Below, piece after piece: positions 29,301 to 38,328 of a DNA stretch of 64,000 bases (its first letter is position 1; each line of letters begins with the position of its first letter). The notes beneath the pieces are model-generated. The model did not search any database. It worked only from the letters and a program-made list of their open reading frames with translations, and was not told where the DNA came from. The stretch comes from a virus, in IMG/VR virus record IMGVR_UViG_3300043436_003696, positions 1-64,000 of that record. One strand, given 5' to 3'. A program made the position numbers and the translations under genes.

Positions 29301-32239
29301 ATATAATTACAAAACAAGAACCTGAAACAGAAGAAGAAAAAAATAAAAAAATTATACGTCTTAAATCAATTAATGCAACTATTAAAAAAATTATTCTTAC
29401 AAAAGATTTAGAAGAATTTTTTAACGAAGCTAAATTTGAATTAGATAATATTTTATCTGGTAATATAACACCTGAAAAATTAGAAGCTGCTGGAGAAATT
29501 TTACCTTTTTATAAAAACTTAAACTTTAGTGATTATATTAGTTCTTTTTCAGAAGATAAAGAATTACAAAAAACAGCTGTAAATAATTTAGGTAATTTTT
29601 TAATTAAAATACAAAAAATAGAAAAAATTTATAACGAAAATTTAGATAAAATAGCTGATAGTATTGGAGAAAAACTTGGAGTTGATGGTATAAATATACC
29701 ACAAAAAGATATTGGGTGGTGGTCTAAAATACTTAGTTACTTTTCAAGTAGCCAAAATCCGCATATACAAAGTTTATATAAATTATGGATTTCTGCAAAA
29801 GATACTGCAAGATTAGCTTTTGAAAAAGATTTAACAGAAATTGAAAAACTTCATAAAGATGTTTTAGAGTATGCTTCTAAAAACGGTATTGAATCTAAAA
29901 ATGCTTATAAATTCATGCTTAAAAGAGATAAATTTAATAATCTTATTTTAATTGATAAATTTAGTAAAGAAGCTAGAAAAAAAATAAATAAAGCTAGAGA
30001 AGAAAAAAATTACTCTTATCTAAAAAAAGTTTTAGAATTTGATGAAAAGAAATACCTTGAAAAATATGAACAAGATAAAGCTTTTTATGAAAAACGATAT
30101 GAAGGGGATAATAAAAAAATAAAACAAATGTTAGAGTTAACTAAAAAACAATTTGATGTTAGAAAATCTGAATATGCTTTATTAAATAAAAATAATCGCT
30201 TTGTAAAACTAAATGAAAAAGAAGTAGAAAAATCTAGTGAGTATGAACACATACAAAAAACACCTGAATTAAAAGCTTTTTACGATTATTTTGTAGATAA
30301 AGTTTCTAATACTAGAAAAGAATTAGGTTTAGAATATGATTATAAGTTTGTACCACAAATAGGTAAGTCTATTATAGAAGCTATAACAGATGACGATACT
30401 AAATTTAGTTTTGGAGATAATTTTTGGAATAGTGTTTCTACTAATAAAAATGGTAGTTATGGTGAAGTAAATGTTTTAACAGGTAATGTTGAATACCAAA
30501 TATCTATGCCTTATCAAACTAAAATTGGTGAAAATTCTTCAGCAGATTTAGGTAAAGTTTTAGCATTATGGAGTAAAGCTGCACATGATACTAACCAACT
30601 TAAAAAAATAGAAACTAGTAGTAAAATATTATTACAACACCTTGAAAAACAAGAATTTTATTTAACAGATTTTTTTGGTGACCCCAAAACTAAAAAAGAT
30701 TCACAAGATTTAGCATTAGTCAATGCTGAAAATAGTAACACTCTATCTGCATATATTAGTTATATGCAAGAAGCTATTTACGGTGTACAAAACGCTAATG
30801 GTATGGCATTACCTAAAACAAGAAAAAGAGCTAAACGTGATTCAGAAGGTAATGTTGTAAAAGATGAAAATGGTAATATTGTAATGGAAGAATATGAATT
30901 ACCTGTTAGTGTAGATAAGTTAGTACAAAAAGTATTATCTTATATATCTGGTAATGCTTTAGGTTTTAATGTAATTTCAGCAGGAGCTAACTTAGGTGGA
31001 GGATTAGCTAACGGTTATTATATAGCACATCAAGATAAATTTTACAATAAAAAACAATTTACTAACGCAATTAGATTATTTAGTGCTGGTAGTATGAATC
31101 TTCAGACAAAAGCTTTATTAAGGTACTTTGATATTACAGGTAATATGGAAGGTTTTAATAAAGCAAATGCATTATCAGTAAGTGCTGCTGACAGATTTTT
31201 AACTTATGATAAGTTATATACACTACAGAAAAAAGGAGATGATTTAATACATAACACAATTTTATTATCATTACTTCAATCTCATGGTATTTCAGAAAAT
31301 GGTAAAATAAAACTTTTGTCTAAATTACCAGAAGGTACTAAATCTTTACTAGAATCTACTGAAATTAAAGAAGATGAAATTTATATTAAAGGATTAACTG
31401 ATAATAAAGATAAAACAGAATATTTAAATTTTAGACGTAAAGCACATGAACTATCTAAAAAAATAGTAGGTGTTAGTCCTGACCATGATATTAGATTAGC
31501 TAATCAAACTATTATGGGTAGAATATTAATGCAGTTTAGAAATTGGTTGCCTAGAATGGCTGAAGAAAGATTTATGATTGGTACTAGATTTAATAAAAAT
31601 TTAGATGATTTTGAAAAAGGTAGATACATTAGTTTTGTACAGTTTCTTAATAAAAATATAACTGATGGTATGCTACAAATAACAAAATCATATATTGGTA
31701 TAGGTGGTAATTTTGATGAAGTACTTTCTAAAAAATGGGAATTATTAAATCAAGAAACTAAAAACAAATATTTAAATAATACAGCAAATGAAGCAGAAGC
31801 AAAAGCGTCTTTCATATCTACTGAAAAAGCTAATTTAAAAGCAACAGTTTTAGAATTACAACTCATGTCTTTATTATTTGCTGCATTAATGCTATTAAAT
31901 GGTGGGGATGATGATGATGATAAATCACCAGTTAAAAAAATGCTTATAGCTATGACAGATAGATTACATAGTGAACTTTCTTTTTTTGTTTTACCACCAT
32001 CATTTTTAACAATTATAAAATCTCCTGTAGCTGCAAGTAGTACACTTAATGATAGTTATAACATAGTTGAAGATATTATAGGTCAAACAGTAGGTTTTAT
32101 TACAAATGATGAAGATAGAATGGATAAAAATAAACCTTTAAAAAGAACAGGTAAAATGTTTCCGCTTTTAAAAGAAGGTATAAAAGATTTTGACATTATG
32201 TTTGATGACAGTTATCTTGATAATATTAAAAGTTGGTAA
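26303..32239 (+). CDS. large multidomain virion-ejected protein (phosphothreonine-lyase-like, ART-like, inactive zincin-like and PD-(D/E)xK domains)
   Basis: MATCIN start, GWKLHLS/GKNITVY, YHGT...GKGFYF, TEEAVH, IAGAFD...ILDFK...YQEQLKTY, MQFRNW near the C-terminus. Confidence 0.72.
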   Translation: MATCINRNHPNFKQISEANNNNDILANILIDNWQQRNNTDIIPTLEELKGKSFSVIKPGVEELFDSNPELPSQVYEALGFENLTRDQFNNITNMNSDINNGWKLHLSIKGVEEYESTEDSTPSKEIEKRATKTISILNTLKNRNLIQDYKIGNDGGQPGKNITVYIGNSKTIDEVVKILSTDELRESNIEGNLSLAKGISARFDSHRNDLKVDSEKYKLFRYGVNGIPNIRYGSSGVNQYSNEEIPYSLELLQASLGSYFNSSSIINNKLNKLYPNTVQISSQITPQQKQQALQQYSQYLDTIFPDSKVKDIVYHGTEDKFDKFDIKYFGKNDFGDLGKGFYFAFDKASIFNEPIVVSAIVNDTNSKQSPGYEIMIPNAEQIHILGNKQDIEGFKEFVGKKNNLESFQKDKEGKVIKVESSDELIDWLKQNNIITKQTEKGDWLLKVSIDATPTGIQTNKNLDKLKSIKGKNIIRINKTNEKFKETFKTNLNIIEPNLLNSGIVKFNKEALTLLNSPTINFQLSSKDTENFIPDEQLDSRIREFCTKLGIKVNIDSVLDAEGNPIPDVVARAKFVRENLSAIIDIAQNKQGYDTLTEEAVHFLVWMMRGTPLYNSMINDVIKTDTYKQVKKEYANVYSSEIQFKEEAITKLITESVIQQHQKGTKLTFDEYTNINNRINRWFNKVMSFIKDLLAKYSVNEYDVAAMKLLFNDTSDLSLNNINNNEEMYQLETNDISSKINDAINKIKSRHIKRDSNHKYSEDGFEYSKSVTEYIQRNKQFPDRSPSEKEQDEFARKIGDLGHADFNNSLKRAIELKEIGSYKTAIEIYTNPSIRSKIDTLVDDIVSSYGENARFLTEQMIGDKSKDIAGAFDFLVVYEKNNQVEAEILDFKFTQFKKEKSKVIADEIPAYKKKDYQEQLKTYKNILQNAYGLKFNINASLIPIGLNTIKKDNNWFLTGVEIGSTKFNEEKKYLNPIPLETNKTGNDSVDSIVAGLVAQKNIITKQEPETEEEKNKKIIRLKSINATIKKIILTKDLEEFFNEAKFELDNILSGNITPEKLEAAGEILPFYKNLNFSDYISSFSEDKELQKTAVNNLGNFLIKIQKIEKIYNENLDKIADSIGEKLGVDGINIPQKDIGWWSKILSYFSSSQNPHIQSLYKLWISAKDTARLAFEKDLTEIEKLHKDVLEYASKNGIESKNAYKFMLKRDKFNNLILIDKFSKEARKKINKAREEKNYSYLKKVLEFDEKKYLEKYEQDKAFYEKRYEGDNKKIKQMLELTKKQFDVRKSEYALLNKNNRFVKLNEKEVEKSSEYEHIQKTPELKAFYDYFVDKVSNTRKELGLEYDYKFVPQIGKSIIEAITDDDTKFSFGDNFWNSVSTNKNGSYGEVNVLTGNVEYQISMPYQTKIGENSSADLGKVLALWSKAAHDTNQLKKIETSSKILLQHLEKQEFYLTDFFGDPKTKKDSQDLALVNAENSNTLSAYISYMQEAIYGVQNANGMALPKTRKRAKRDSEGNVVKDENGNIVMEEYELPVSVDKLVQKVLSYISGNALGFNVISAGANLGGGLANGYYIAHQDKFYNKKQFTNAIRLFSAGSMNLQTKALLRYFDITGNMEGFNKANALSVSAADRFLTYDKLYTLQKKGDDLIHNTILLSLLQSHGISENGKIKLLSKLPEGTKSLLESTEIKEDEIYIKGLTDNKDKTEYLNFRRKAHELSKKIVGVSPDHDIRLANQTIMGRILMQFRNWLPRMAEERFMIGTRFNKNLDDFEKGRYISFVQFLNKNITDGMLQITKSYIGIGGNFDEVLSKKWELLNQETKNKYLNNTANEAEAKASFISTEKANLKATVLELQLMSLLFAALMLLNGGDDDDDKSPVKKMLIAMTDRLHSELSFFVLPPSFLTIIKSPVAASSTLNDSYNIVEDIIGQTVGFITNDEDRMDKNKPLKRTGKMFPLLKEGIKDFDIMFDDSYLDNIKSW

Positions 32240-32248
32240 TTAATAAAT

Positions 32249-32276
32249 AGAAAAGGGGTTATTAACCCCTTTTTCT
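32249..32276. terminator. bidirectional terminator between the convergent structural and replication arms
   Basis: AAAAGGGGTT-ATT-AACCCCTTTTT. Confidence 0.85.
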
Positions 32277-32344
32277 TTGCGATAAAAACTTTTAGCCTTG
32301 CCCTATACTTAAAATTTTTAGTTTCTACTGGCTAAAATTTTTAA

Positions 32345-32884
32345 CTATTTTAAAAAAGTATTAGTTGTTACTATTTCTAAGGTTTTTCGTTCTTCATCTA
32401 AATTTCTATTTAATGCAGCTTCTTCTGTAAACTTTTCTGGATAACGTACTTTTAATTTTTCTATGTTGTTGTATAAACATTTTTCAAAATTTAAATTATA
32501 ATATTCTGCTATACATTTCATAGTAAATATTATATCATTATGATTATTACGTTGTATATCAAAATATAAAAGATGTCTTAATATTTCATCAAAATCTTCT
32601 ATTTTATAATTAGCTATATATTTTTCTAATGTTACTTCGAGATTTAAAAAAGTAGCTTCATTACAAGCATACCAAGCTACATCTGCTAATTCTTCACCTA
32701 AATTTACTATATCAATAGATTTTTTATAAGCTAATTCTTTTTTAAATATATCTAATATTTCACCTATTTCTGTTAATACCCCTAATTTCATGTGTAATAA
32801 ATCTTTTTCTAAACTTCCTAAACTTACGCAAGTTCTTTTAGCTAATTGTTGGTATTCTTGTATTGTTAATGTATTATTGCTCAT
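32345..32884 (-). CDS. MazG-like nucleotide pyrophosphohydrolase
   Basis: EYQQLAKRT, LG..TEIGE..D..KK, EELADVAWY, NIEKLKVRYPEKF. Confidence 0.85.
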   Translation of the reverse strand: MSNNTLTIQEYQQLAKRTCVSLGSLEKDLLHMKLGVLTEIGEILDIFKKELAYKKSIDIVNLGEELADVAWYACNEATFLNLEVTLEKYIANYKIEDFDEILRHLLYFDIQRNNHNDIIFTMKCIAEYYNLNFEKCLYNNIEKLKVRYPEKFTEEAALNRNLDEERKTLEIVTTNTFLK

Positions 32885-32957
32885 ATTTTTTTTTCAATTA
32901 AATTTAAATCCTCATAATTTTACATAAAAAGATAAACTTTCATATAGTTCTTTGTAA

Positions 32958-33260
32958 CTAATTGTTTTCTGTTTTAGTTTTATATTGCTCATAAAGTATA
33001 TCTAATATTTTCATACCTTCTTCAAATTCTTTGTCTAATTCTTCAATAGGTAATTGTTTATCAATTCGTTTTATAAAATAATCATTTCGTTCTATAGCTT
33101 TTTTAATTAATTTTTTATAATCATTATTTATATATTCTTGTAAAAACAAAAATTGTTCATTTAATGCTTTACTAAGTCTATATAAAATAATAATGTGTTT
33201 AATTAATTCTTTTCCAGTTAATTTATTGCTTAAATTACCATTCAATTCTGTCATAACCAT
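32958..33260 (-). CDS. hypothetical protein
   Basis: 100-aa ORF in the operon. Confidence 0.55.
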   Translation of the reverse strand: MVMTELNGNLSNKLTGKELIKHIIILYRLSKALNEQFLFLQEYINNDYKKLIKKAIERNDYFIKRIDKQLPIEELDKEFEEGMKILDILYEQYKTKTENN

Positions 33261-33915
33261 TATCCATTAAAAATTTATTAGCTAAACTAAAACAATTATT
33301 ATAATTCCATTTTTTATCTTCATTATATAATGAAGCATTAGGGTGTTCACATTCTATAATTAATGCTTTTTTATTTACTATGTGTAATTTAACTTCTTTG
33401 GTTTTTTTACCAAATAATAAATAAAGAACAGGTTCATTTTTTTCTTGTAATTTATAAATAATAGCTGTTATAAATTTATCCCAATCTAAAATAGTATGAC
33501 TTTCAGGTTTTTGTTTTTCAACAGATAATGTTTTATTTAATAATAAAATTCCTTGATTAGCCCATCTTTCTAAATTACCATCTTGTTCTACTTTAAACCC
33601 TTTGTAAATATCTTCTTCTATTGCTTTAAATATAGTTTCTAAAGCAAAAGGATATTTCATAGCATCTTCTCTACAGCTAAATGCTAGTCCATCTGATTCA
33701 CCATTAGTATAAGGTTCTTGACCTACAATTACAATTTTAGTATTTTTATAAGAAGTTAATTTTAAAGCTTTAAAAAAATCTTTAGGTTCTGGATAAATTG
33801 TTTTACCTAATGTTATTTCATTTTGAATATAAACACCCATTTTATGAAAATAAGGTTTATGTAGTTCATCTTGTAAAATTTCATCCCAATCATTTTTAAA
33901 AAGATTTACTATCAT
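33235..33915 (-). CDS. ung: uracil-DNA glycosylase, family 1 (GQEPY variant)
   Basis: KIVIVGQEPY, GLAFS, WANQGILLLN, CEHP, NCFS.AN.FL...IEW. Confidence 0.88.
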   Translation of the reverse strand: MIVNLFKNDWDEILQDELHKPYFHKMGVYIQNEITLGKTIYPEPKDFFKALKLTSYKNTKIVIVGQEPYTNGESDGLAFSCREDAMKYPFALETIFKAIEEDIYKGFKVEQDGNLERWANQGILLLNKTLSVEKQKPESHTILDWDKFITAIIYKLQEKNEPVLYLLFGKKTKEVKLHIVNKKALIIECEHPNASLYNEDKKWNYNNCFSLANKFLMDNGYDRIEW

Positions 33916-34100
33916 TATAATTCAGCTCCTTTTCTTGGTGGTATAATAATTGATACAGGTTCTTTTCTTTTAAAAACTTGTACCCAACTTATTTTTTCTT
34001 CATACATTTTTTCACCAAAAAATTCTTTAGCTTTTTTTTGTGCTTTAAAAATATCTTCAGCTTCTATATTTAATGTAAATTCAAATTGTCGTAACATCAT
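33915..34100 (-). CDS. hypothetical protein
   Basis: 61-aa ORF coupled to its neighbours. Confidence 0.5.
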   Translation of the reverse strand: MMLRQFEFTLNIEAEDIFKAQKKAKEFFGEKMYEEKISWVQVFKRKEPVSIIIPPRKGAEL

Positions 34101-34294
34101 ATTTCTATTTCTTCATCTAAATTGTTAATAAACTGTGTATGTAAATGATTAAAAGATTTTTCTTCATCATCAATAAAAGTTGTGCAACCACATGTTGCAC
34201 AACTATGTTTTTTACTTGGAATTGGATTTAAACAATTTCTACATTGATTAAATTTATCAGGATTATTTATTACTTCTTCAATCGTCACTATCAT
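34097..34294 (-). CDS. small zinc-ribbon protein
   Basis: CRNC...CATCGC. Confidence 0.55.
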   Translation of the reverse strand: MIVTIEEVINNPDKFNQCRNCLNPIPSKKHSCATCGCTTFIDDEEKSFNHLHTQFINNLDEEIEI

Positions 34295-34382
34295 TTTTAT
34301 GTATTAAATCTACATGTTCATTACAATTATTACACCAAGTATCATTACTTTCCCCATTTACTATTGCACCTAAATCTGCCAT
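34278..34382 (-). CDS. 34-aa CxxC mini-protein (not in the ORF track)
   Basis: MADLGAIVNGESNDTWCNNCNEHVDLIHKNDSDD fills the gap between neighbours. Confidence 0.35.
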   Translation of the reverse strand: MADLGAIVNGESNDTWCNNCNEHVDLIHKNDSDD

Positions 34383-34384
34383 AA

Positions 34385-34600
34385 TTATTCTATTTTTAGC
34401 AATCCTAGTTTTTTACATTTTATTTTAAAATCTTTAACTTTTTCTTGTATTGCTGAAAAAGGTATATCTTGATTATCTCCACCATTTTCTACAAAATCTA
34501 CTAAAGAAACTTTAATATACGGTTCTGCTGAATCAGTTTTTAAAATTACCCATCCTGTATCATAAGGGTAACTAATTTCAAGGCTTATAATATTTCCCAT
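34385..34600 (-). CDS. hypothetical protein
   Basis: 71-aa ORF. Confidence 0.5.
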   Translation of the reverse strand: MGNIISLEISYPYDTGWVILKTDSAEPYIKVSLVDFVENGGDNQDIPFSAIQEKVKDFKIKCKKLGLLKIE

Positions 34601-34603
34601 AAT

Positions 34604-35122
34604 TTATTTCTCCCAACATTCGCTTATTTTACAATCTACTTCTACAGGAACACGTTTTAAAACTACTTTAGCCGATTCAATCATTATTCTATTTATTTCT
34701 TCTTTCCACCATTCAGAAATATTTATAGGACATTCTGTTCTAATTTCATCATAAACAGATAATAATATTTTAATAGGTAATTTTTCTGTAGTTATTTTTG
34801 TTTGAATAGTATATAAAGCCCATTTAATAATATCTCCATTAGTTCCTTGTATAGGAGTGTTTTTACCAGCTCGTTCTATTTCTCCTAAAACTGTAAAATC
34901 ATTATTAACTTTTGCAGTTGTCCATTCTGGAAAACGCCTCATTCTTTTAAAAGGTGGTGCTGTTCTAATGTAACCATTAGATTTTGCTACATTACCTAAT
35001 TCATCAAGTAGTTTTTTAACTTTTGGTACAGTGTTAAAAAATTTATCAATAATATTTTTAGCTTCTCTTATAGATATATCCATAGTATCAGCAAGTTTAA
35101 ATTCAGACATTCCGTATGCCAA
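34604..35122 (-). CDS. polA: family A DNA polymerase, exon 2
   Basis: Begins LAYGM (second half of motif B); contains NTPIQGTNGD and motif C variant VYDEI. Confidence 0.9.
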   Translation of the reverse strand: MAYGMSEFKLADTMDISIREAKNIIDKFFNTVPKVKKLLDELGNVAKSNGYIRTAPPFKRMRRFPEWTTAKVNNDFTVLGEIERAGKNTPIQGTNGDIIKWALYTIQTKITTEKLPIKILLSVYDEIRTECPINISEWWKEEINRIMIESAKVVLKRVPVEVDCKISECWEK

Positions 35123-35155
35123 CACGGTTACCCTGCATTTTCATACAGGTGTGGA

Positions 35156-35680
35156 CTATCCCTTTGCGTATCTTCCTAGTTCATCTCTTGTTTCGTGATG
35201 TTTTTGGTGACATCTTTTACAAAGTATTTCTAGGTTATCTAACTCATTATTACTTCTATTTTCATCTTTATGATGAACTAATAGATTTTTTAAAGATTGA
35301 CATCTGTTACACATATTAGGTAAATTAGCAAAACCTTTTTTACTATAATTACCTATACCTGTTTTGTACTGATGATTTTTTTCTCTTATTTGATTACCTC
35401 CGCTACCTACTCCAGGTTTTTCAAATTTACCTTTTCGTAAACACCATTGATAAGCATTATACGCATTTCTGCATTTAGGAGAACAAAATTTTAATCCTTT
35501 TCTTTTATTAGTAATAACATTATTACATTTAATACACACTCCCTGTCTAGTCTCTACACACGCCTCTACAACATTTATTGTAGTACTTGGTTCGGGATTA
35601 CCATCAGCATTATCTGTTAAGGTTTCCCCGACTTTAAGGAGTTTTACTTCGGCTTGGCTTTTATTTTTTATTTTTTCCAT
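35156..35680 (-). CDS. intron-encoded HNH homing endonuclease
   Basis: CNRC...LLVHHKDENRSNNELDNLEILCKRCH and FCSPKC zinc motif. Confidence 0.88.
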   Translation of the reverse strand: MEKIKNKSQAEVKLLKVGETLTDNADGNPEPSTTINVVEACVETRQGVCIKCNNVITNKRKGLKFCSPKCRNAYNAYQWCLRKGKFEKPGVGSGGNQIREKNHQYKTGIGNYSKKGFANLPNMCNRCQSLKNLLVHHKDENRSNNELDNLEILCKRCHQKHHETRDELGRYAKG

Positions 35681-35684
35681 ACAT

Positions 35685-35714
35685 CAAAGTTAATACTTTT
35701 TGCATAAAAAACAA
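35685..35714 (-). promoter_or_regulatory. Bacteroidota sigma70-type promoter inside the intron, upstream of the HNH gene
   Basis: TTG-N19-TAACTTTG; the ATG starts 4 nt after the -7 element. Confidence 0.6.
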
Positions 35715-35735
35715 TAAATTTTAAATATTTATTTA

Positions 35736-37106
35736 ACCGAAATTTATAGTTTTTTGAATATCTCTATATGTAATATCAGGTTTTTGAGGAAATGGTTTTT
35801 TTACATCTTCAACAGGTATACCAAAAGTCATACTACACAAAATACTGTGTAAATCTTTACCATTATCAAAAGCATCTAACCAAATAGGGTCGTTACTAAA
35901 TTCAGCTATAATTCTAAGTTCTATACCAGAATAATCTCCACCAACAAGAACATTACCTTTTTCAACTATAAAACAACTTCTAATTAATTTACCAAAATTT
36001 CCTTTACTAGGAATTTGATTTAAATTAGGATTACTTACACTTATTCTACCTGTTTGTAAAACTTGCCATATATCACAATGTATTCTCTTAGTGTTAGAAT
36101 TAACATTATTTAAAAATTTTTCACCAAAACTTGTTTTAAGTTTAGAAAATTTATTGTATTCTATTAATTCTTTAGCTATTTTATTTTTCTTTTTTATTTT
36201 TTGCAGTTCTCTATCACCAGTAGATTCTAATTTAGGGTTTTCTATTTGTAATATTTTTAATTTTTGTAACGAACTACTCCAATTAATTTTTAATAATCTA
36301 TCAGGTTTATCAAATAAGCTTCCTTGTGAGTATAAAGGTAAAAAAGCTTTGTACTTATCATGATTACTTATTAAAATATTATCTAAAGATTTTATTTGTT
36401 CTTTTTCTAGGTTTTTAACTTCTTTTGCAACCTCCATCCATTTAGCTGTATCAATTTTTATACCGTTGTATTCTAAATGCGCAAAAGCAATTACAGCTTT
36501 ATTTTCTAAATCAATTGTATTTAATAATTCTTTTGATTCAAGAAGTTTCATTTGTTGTTCTCTTATTAAAGTTAAATACGCAACATCTTCAGCAGCATAT
36601 TTTATAACTCTATCAGATAATCCTTCTGAATGTATTTTATTTCGTATTGTTTTATTTAGTTCAATGTTTAAGTATTTTTTACATAAAGCTTCTAATGAAG
36701 TACCTATATAATGTTCAGAATCTTCTAGTCTAAACTCATAACCTGTAAATAAAACACATTCAGCTAAAAACACATCAAAAAGATTAACTATGTTTATTCC
36801 TTTTTTAATAAAAAATTTTAAATCAAATTTAGCATTAGCAAATAAAAATAGTTTATTTTTATTTTGTAACAAGTCTTTAAAATAATCTAAATTTTCTTTA
36901 GTATAAGGAATTACAAATTGATTATCAGGATTACCTAATTGAAAACATAATAATTCACAATTATGAACGTCTAATCCAGTAGTTTCTGTGTCTACTTCTA
37001 TTATGTCTAATTGTTCCAAGTATTCTTTACAATATAAAAGGCTACAAATTTTATGTTCTGTAGCCTCAAATAAAATAGATTGATTTTCATTTACTAAATA
37101 ACGCAT
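35736..37106 (-). CDS. polA: family A DNA polymerase, exon 1 (3'-5' exonuclease plus motif A); spliced product about 629 aa
   Basis: DTETTGLD, NAKFD, YAAED, TGRISVSNPNLNQIP, DYSGIELRIIA, DLHS. Confidence 0.92.
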
Positions 37107-37107
37107 A

Positions 37108-37683
37108 TTATTTTAAAGTTAATCCAAATTTTTCTACTATTGATGCACCTTCGATTTGATTACCATCTTCAATAGCTTTTTTAATATTAGTTTTAAGAAT
37201 TACAATAGTTGTTTCTAAATTTCTACCTAGAACATCAGCAACTTTAGCTAAATCTTCTAAAGATAATTTATCTTTAACAGTTACTTGTTTCCATTCATTT
37301 CCAATCAATTCTTCATCAATTTGAACAGATTGTGATTTTCTAGTACTTAATTTAAATGTACCTAATTCTAGTCTCCAAATATCTTTTTTAGAGTCTTTTT
37401 GTCCAAATGTGATTAAAGCATCTAAAATAAATTGTTCTAACCTATCTACTAAATTACTTTTAATTAATTTTAATTTAGAAATTCTTTCAATTTCACTATC
37501 ACAAAATTTAATTTCTGATTCTAATGTTTTTACAATTTTAGAATATTCTTCAATTCTTTCTAAATAGTTTTCTTGTACTATTTTTAGTTCTTGTACTTGA
37601 CCGTCTTCTAAAATACCTTCTTGTTGTTCAGCTAAACTCATTAGTTCTAGCCATTCTTGTTTTATATTATAAATTGGTTTCAT
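37108..37683 (-). CDS. Siphovirus Gp157-like protein
   Basis: Coiled coil, then FKLSTRKSQSVQI and IKKAIEDGNQIEGASIVEK. Confidence 0.8.
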   Translation of the reverse strand: MKPIYNIKQEWLELMSLAEQQEGILEDGQVQELKIVQENYLERIEEYSKIVKTLESEIKFCDSEIERISKLKLIKSNLVDRLEQFILDALITFGQKDSKKDIWRLELGTFKLSTRKSQSVQIDEELIGNEWKQVTVKDKLSLEDLAKVADVLGRNLETTIVILKTNIKKAIEDGNQIEGASIVEKFGLTLK

Positions 37684-38317
37684 TTTTATTTTCTTTTAAA
37701 AAATCTAGTTTTAAATTAATTAATTCTGGTTTTACTATATCAACTGGTTTAATTGATATATTTACAAACTGCTCTAAACTAACAATAGGAAAATGTATTA
37801 TTCTTTGTTGTTTACCAGTATCAGTAAGTAAATATTTTTTAGGTGTGAAAGTATCTTTAAATATATCAGGCACTTTAATTAGATTAACAAATATACTATG
37901 TTTTTGATACATCCATCTTCTATTTAATTGATTAAGTCTAGTCATATTATTTTTATCAAAAGAAGGTTTAATTTCAATAATAGATTTACAACAAGTTTCA
38001 CTATGACGTTCAAATTTAGCTAATAATAAATTTGTATTTATTTTATAATTTGCTCCTAAATGTGGAAATTCATGATAAAATAATTCAAAAGCACTTGGAT
38101 TCCAATTTATTTCAAAATCAGGAGTATATTCAGAACCACTAAGAATAGTTTGTTCTTTTTCTTTAGATTTACTTTTTAGTTTTTCAACATATCTATTAAT
38201 AATTTTTTCACCTAATTCATAACTTTTACATTGATTCCAACTATCTATGTAACCAGCTTGTTCTAATTCCTCACACCACCATGAAAAATATAATTCTTCT
38301 TTACTATCAAATTGCAT
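37667..38317 (-). CDS. PD-(D/E)xK endonuclease (DUF1064-like)
   Basis: Likely start MQFDSKEE; YTPDF and IIEIK motifs. Confidence 0.7.
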   Translation of the reverse strand: MQFDSKEELYFSWWCEELEQAGYIDSWNQCKSYELGEKIINRYVEKLKSKSKEKEQTILSGSEYTPDFEINWNPSAFELFYHEFPHLGANYKINTNLLLAKFERHSETCCKSIIEIKPSFDKNNMTRLNQLNRRWMYQKHSIFVNLIKVPDIFKDTFTPKKYLLTDTGKQQRIIHFPIVSLEQFVNISIKPVDIVKPELINLKLDFLKENKNETNL

Positions 38318-38328
38318 ATTTTTTTTGT

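Larger units (their letters stand above)
35123..35735 (-). mobile_element. group I intron (613 nt) in the DNA polymerase gene
   Basis: Removing it restores KTINFG|LAYG. The 5' exon ends in U and the intron ends in G. IGS GCCAAGCCGAAGU (35646-35658) pairs with both exons. P/Q/R/S-like elements: AAGUCGGGGAAAC, AAUCCCGAACCAAG, GUAGAGACUA, GGGAUAGUCC. Confidence 0.92.

Noticed and set aside
34604-37106. Polymerase as a pseudogene, two-subunit enzyme or intein-containing gene
   Set aside because: An in-frame stop follows exon 1, and the group I signals (U at the 5' site, terminal G, IGS, P7) restore the motif exactly.
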